Assembly: GCA_964016885.1 (NCBI GenBank)
Contig: OZ024742.1
Span: forward strand, 93,558,001 to 93,622,000
Reading direction: 5' to 3'
Length of the DNA: 64,000 nt
Origin: Eledone cirrhosa
Lineage: Eukaryota
The notes beneath the pieces were generated by a model, which worked only from the letters and a program-made list of their open reading frames with translations, made no database searches and was not told the origin of the DNA. This document shows, in pieces, positions 54,918 through 64,000 of this stretch; positions within the stretch are counted from its first letter, which is position 1, and the number at the start of each line of letters is the position of its first letter. The position numbers and the translations under genes are program-made.

Positions 54918-55740
54918 TTTACTACACGGAACTCTCTCCCAACCCACCTCTCTATATCAATTACCATCAAACTATCCCCCTCTCTATATCTACCATAAAA
55001 CACTCTCACTCATTCCCTCTCACTCTACCCATCACTACTAAACTCTCACCCTCTCCATATCTATCAATACCTATCTCTATCAATCCTCTCATTTTATTCA
55101 TTACTACCAACATCTCCCCCTCTCTACATCAACCATAAAACATACTCTCCCAATCCCCCTCTTTATATCAATTAACACCAAACCCACCCTCTATTTATAT
55201 CTACTACACGGCACTCTCTTTCAACCCCCCTCTCTATATCAATTAACATCAAACTCTCCCCCTTTCTATATCTACTATAGGATACTCTCTGTCAGCCTCC
55301 TCTTTATATCAATTAACACCAAACTCTCCCCTCTCTATATCTACCATATACCTCTCTCTCGTTCCCTCTCACTCTATCCATCACTACCAAACTCTCACCC
55401 TCTCTATATCTATCAATACCTATCTCTATCAATCCTCTCATTTTATTCATTACCCCCAAAATCTCCCCCTCTCTGCATCAACCATACAACACTCTGTCCC
55501 AACCCCACTCTATATATCTACTACACGGAACTCTCTTCCAACCACCCTCTCTATACCAATTAACGCCAAACTCTCTCTTCCTGTATATCTACTACACGGA
55601 CTCTCTTCAAATTCCTCTCTTTATATCAACAAACACCACTCTCTCCTCCTCTCTATATCTTATATACAACACCCTCTATATATCAATTATCACCAAGCTC
55701 TCCCCCTCTCTATATCTATATCTCCCAACTATCTTTACTT
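54918..55740 (+). repeat. CT-rich minisatellite (right part)
   Basis: Same units as 48715-49227, with a higher-order duplication (about 55010-55150 vs 55362-55500). Confidence 0.8.
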
Positions 55741-56159
55741 AACATGTACATAAACTGTATCGCATATACAATTAGTTGTGTGTTTTGGCAGTTTGGATTG
55801 TGGGAGGGGGTGGGCATGTCTTCCTGCACCCAGTTCCACTACCTCTCATATATAAATAAATACATATATATATATATGTGTTTTGTATGTATGCATGTAT
55901 GTATGCATATATGTATGTGTGTGTATGTGTGTGCGTGTGTGTGTATGTATGTTTGTATGTATGCATGCATGCGTGTAAGCATGTGTGTATGTGTATTCCT
56001 CTACACTCATGCATTAACACCTTGAATTCACTATAACGGTGATTCCATATTTGGTATCACCCCTCCTTGTGTCTACATTTAATTTGTTTTCATTGTTTTC
56101 TTTAACATATTCAATAATGAATTATTTCACATACGTATCATGGTATGATAGTTAAGACG

Positions 56160-56315
56160 TTCTACATTCTGAGTTCAAATACCGCAGAGGTCAATTTTAC
56201 AGTTCATCCTTCCGAGGTCGATAAAATTAAGTAACAGTTAAGTAATGGGGCTGATATAATAGACTTTCCCATTCCTCCAAATTGCTGCCCATGTGTCAAT
56301 GTTAGAAATAATTAT
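56160..56315 (+). mobile_element. Diverged SINE, same superfamily as 1238-1454
   Basis: ttctgagttcaaataccgc...ttcatccttccgaggtcgataaaattaagta. Confidence 0.7.
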
Positions 56316-57257
56316 TTATAATTTGTCCATTGATAGTTGATAAATGATTTAGAGTATTAGCTGCTTCATTAAGTTTACTGATATTCATGACAGTTATATG
56401 AAATCTGACGTTTGTCCATTCAATGTTTTCCTGGCTAAAATATTCAATTTTTTCCCCCGTGACTTAATTCTTCGCGCTTCTTACGTTTACAGTTGGTTAA
56501 AAAGTGAAAACATACATGCAATTTGGTGACTACGCTAACAAGTGTTGCAAAATAATTGACGTCCGATCCAGAGAGGAATCTTTTCATTAGGGAGTTGGTT
56601 CTGTGTTATTAACAATTTTAACACTAAATCACCTGACACAGCCTATGACTATGATACAAAGCCACTCATTTTAAATTATTCATTCTTATTAAAAAACATT
56701 CAATCATAATTTTATGTGAAAAAATGTTAAATTATTTTACTTAATCCCTACAAGTTCTTGGATAATAGTACACATATTTAAAATGCATTGGAAATATATT
56801 TCATTAAAAATTTGATAACGAAATGGTTAAAACACTTAAGAATCATCCTATAAAATTCAGTCTCATAGGAGGGAAACTAAACCTATAATAAATATGAAAT
56901 GCAACAATATATAAATCTGTAAATATACATGATATATATACATAGCTTTACAATTTCCCTTTCCAAGCGCAAACATTATTAAAATACAGCTAAGCTATGC
57001 CTTAACGATAATTGTACTAAAATGATTCCAATTGAAATTATGATAAATATTCTTGAACTAATAAAATCAATGCAGTCTGCAAGTCCTAGATAGTAAATTC
57101 TCTGATAATTATTAGAATTCTTTAACAGTTTTTTTTCTATTGTTTCTCTTTACTACTCTGTGTACCTTGATGTATGACATGCTTTGCTATGAGGTCTGTG
57201 TTGGTGTTAGTACGTAATGTTGAAATATATTGGAGAGAACCGGTAAGGTCAAACTGG

Positions 57258-60870
<3,613 letters not shown>

Positions 60871-61332
60871 ATGATACACTTGTAATATTGGTGAGTGCGC
60901 ATTTCCATTTCATGTGTGATGTGGATGTGTTTCTGTAAATCATTAGAAATGATAGTAATATTTATATTTTCGCAGTTTCTCAATTCTGTTAACGGAAAAA
61001 AGAAACACGAACTACACAAATAGGAACAGCAACATAAAAGGCAACCATTTTGTTTTTGATAGTCTGACTGTAAATATATGCCAACAGCCTTCACATTCTG
61101 ACATTAGTGGACATTCAAGTGCAAGAATGTGTATATATTTAGTATGTGTTGTGTGTGTTCTGTGTATTGTAACACTAAAACACACTTAGATGTGTCACTA
61201 CATGTATATATACTGATTTTTCTTAAATATAATGGCATGTCTACTAAATATACCGTTTCTCAATCAACTGTACATGCATCTTTTTTTTTTGCATACACAG
61301 CGTTTCAGTAACACATACGTATGTGTTCGATA

Positions 61333-62300
61333 TACGCGACGTATTCCAAAAGTAAGAGTATGATATTGTTTTTAAATCTATATTAGACGTATATGAAACT
61401 ACAAGTTATCTCCTTCAAAATACAATCTTCGTGAAGCCACAGAGTGGTCCCAACGTTTCTTCCATTAATCATAGCAGTACCGGATCTAATGTTTTGTGAG
61501 TGTCGTTAGCGCTCCAGTTGCAATGTTTTGTATGTCTATAATCCAAAAACGATGACACTTCGACTTTAAATTCAACTTAAGGAAAAGGTAGAAATCACAG
61601 AGAGCTAGATCGGGGATGTAGGGAGGATGTGGAAGAGTTGGAATGATTCTCTTTGCCAGAAATTCTCTAATTGAAAGTGCTGTGTGAACTGGCGCATTAT
61701 CGTGACGCAGTAGCCAATCTCCTGCTGTGTCTTTTCGGACTCGCTGGACCCGTTTCTCGAACTCGTTCCAAGACTCCTTTATAGAAGGTGTGATTAAGTC
61801 TCTGTCCTGAGGCTAAAATTCTTTTGAGCAATAAACATGACTGTCCAGAAATAGAAAAACATCATTTTAACCCTGGATTTGATCATGCGTCCTTTCTTCA
61901 GATGAGGGGAAGTTTTGTGTGCCACTCCCCACTTTGCCGTTTTGTTTCTGGATCGTACTTGAACAACCATGATTCATCTCCTATTATTACTTCGTCCAAG
62001 AAATTTGAACATCCTGAACAATTTACAGCCAGTTCGCCTTTAGCTCCACATACATATGTTTGGGCATTATTTTTTGCTCTAAATTTTTGCAAGTGCAAAA
62101 GATCTTTTAAAACACTATGAACTGCATTTTTATCTAAACCCGTTTCTTTTGCCAACACCGCTCGCAGCACTTCTATGGTTTGTTCATTTGTTGACGAGTT
62201 TGGCCTTCCAAAATGTGGTTGGGTTTCAACAATTTCTTGGTCTTCTTTGAACATTTTGTGCCACTTAAAACCTTACTTTTTTATAGAGTGTCATTACCAG
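61333..62300 (-). pseudogene. Degraded mariner transposase with right TIR remnant
   Basis: GRPNSSTNE, IIGDESWLFKYDPETKRQSGEW, LRHDNAPVHTA, LPHPPYIPDLALCDFYLF; tacgcgacgtattccaaaagta at about 61333. Confidence 0.88.
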
Positions 62301-62847
62301 GGGTCTCATTTGCCTTAAAATGTGAGGGGGACAAACCAACATTTGTTGATTCTTAAAGGAGCATATTAGTATTGATTATGGTTCCTTTCCTGGACCCTAT
62401 CACAAGTAAAATTTTACGCTAATTAAATTTTATATATTCAAATGAAGTATAAAAAAATAAGCTTAAAAAAAATTCATTATATCAAATAAACAAAAAATAA
62501 TACATCGATGTTTGAAAAAGTGGAGACGGGTGGGCCCTTGGTTATCACCATAAGCTTGTGTTAAAGAATTAAATGTTGTGGTGGCTGATTTATTGAGTTT
62601 CATCTAAAATTTGAACGCATAAAGTTGTTCGATATTTTCCTGCATCGCAAACGTAACATGGGTTATAAACACATCTGAACATAAATATCACTAACAGGTG
62701 ATTGACTCAATCGATCATGTTGAAACAAGAATGGATGTGTAGCCCACGTCATATCCATCACGTCGATATAGATCTTTCTTGTTTACTATTATAATAAAAC
62801 TCCGGATGAATAAAAATCGTGGAGTGCTTTACCTCTGTTAAGAAAAA

Positions 62848-62954
<107 letters not shown>

Positions 62955-63444
62955 AGTAAATAATCGAGAATCAGAATCTCGGCCCACGAAATAATGATAA
63001 ACAATCTTCGACATGTGTGGCAGAGGGCTCAATAGTTTGGATGAACCAGAGCTATAACTATCGTTAAAATACCAACACATAGAGACGATGCCTAGATCAT
63101 TCGCACAGCCGAAAAAAACGACCAGGAAAATTCGGGTCACTCAAACAATAAATTAATAAATTAATAAATTAAATGAATGTAAAAACTCACCCGGATCCGC
63201 TAGAAGGATGTTAAATTCTAGCTATTTGGGTTTCTGCAGTTCCTTAATCAATTACTGTCAGCCCACATAAAAAAATATATCTGACTTCTAGTTAAAGAGA
63301 TGAACGTGGAAAACTGCTTTCTCAACGGATGTTTCGTTCAAAAATACAGGGGGACCTGTTACTGGACGCACGTGTAGTCCAGCAAGGGAGGGATCCCCTA
63401 TATATGGCGAAAGAATTCAGTAAGTGTAAATTTTGTAAGAATAC

Positions 63445-63506
<62 letters not shown>

Positions 63507-64000
63507 AATGGAGATTGAAACATATATAAATCAAATAAATAATGTATTCATTGATATACCTTCGTGATCTATTTCTTGCATTTATATATATATACTAATA
63601 TATATAATAAAAATTAAAAAGAAAGTTATGTATATATACTAGACCACTCGAGATCCGTTGGGTCACGTTAAAAACACTTTTTATAAAACCATGTTCACTT
63701 AAAAATAATTCTTAAATAATTAAAATATACACAGATATGTATATGATGTGAAATGAAATTGGAAGGCCCATATATATATATATATATATATTGGAATAAA
63801 TGCTCTGAAATAGCGATATATATGTGAATATAGACATAGAATATTCGAAAATATTCTGTATGTTTATAATAAACATTTTGAAGACCTAATCGCTATAGAA
63901 TAGAATACGTCACGTATTACAATTAGATTCTCGATAAAAGCAAGGGAAGTAATCTACGCGTTTCATTCTCGTTAGAAATCATCAGGACTACATATCCAGT

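Overview
AT-rich, microsatellite-saturated eukaryotic DNA with no recognisable host gene. The SINE types and repeat landscape suggest a cephalopod, probably Octopus (inference). Most ORF-track entries are translations of (TA)n/(TG)n repeats. Real coding content is transposon-derived: (1) a 13.8-kb Naiad-type Penelope-like element (PLE; RT plus GIY-YIG) built from an inverted 3' segment, a 5'-truncated unit and a near-intact unit; (2) a second 5'-truncated Naiad subfamily; (3) 3' ends of another PLE type; (4) a near full-length L1/Tx1-type LINE inside a CT-rich minisatellite; (5) remnants of CRE, R4/Dong, mariner and Tc1 elements, plus many tRNA-derived SINEs. The most striking feature, read by eye, is a population of (TA)n-inserted elements carrying type-I hammerhead ribozymes (HHR): about 12 canonical cores from about 6 sequence families plus about 10 degenerate or half cores. 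They include an ORF-less ~565-nt tandem repeat with one HHR per unit (retrozyme-like) and many short fold-back insertions. A young 608-bp TA-inserted element with an RTE-like/twister-like head occurs twice, once with its empty site visible in the window. All alignments and folds were done by eye, and boundaries in degenerate repeats are approximate.
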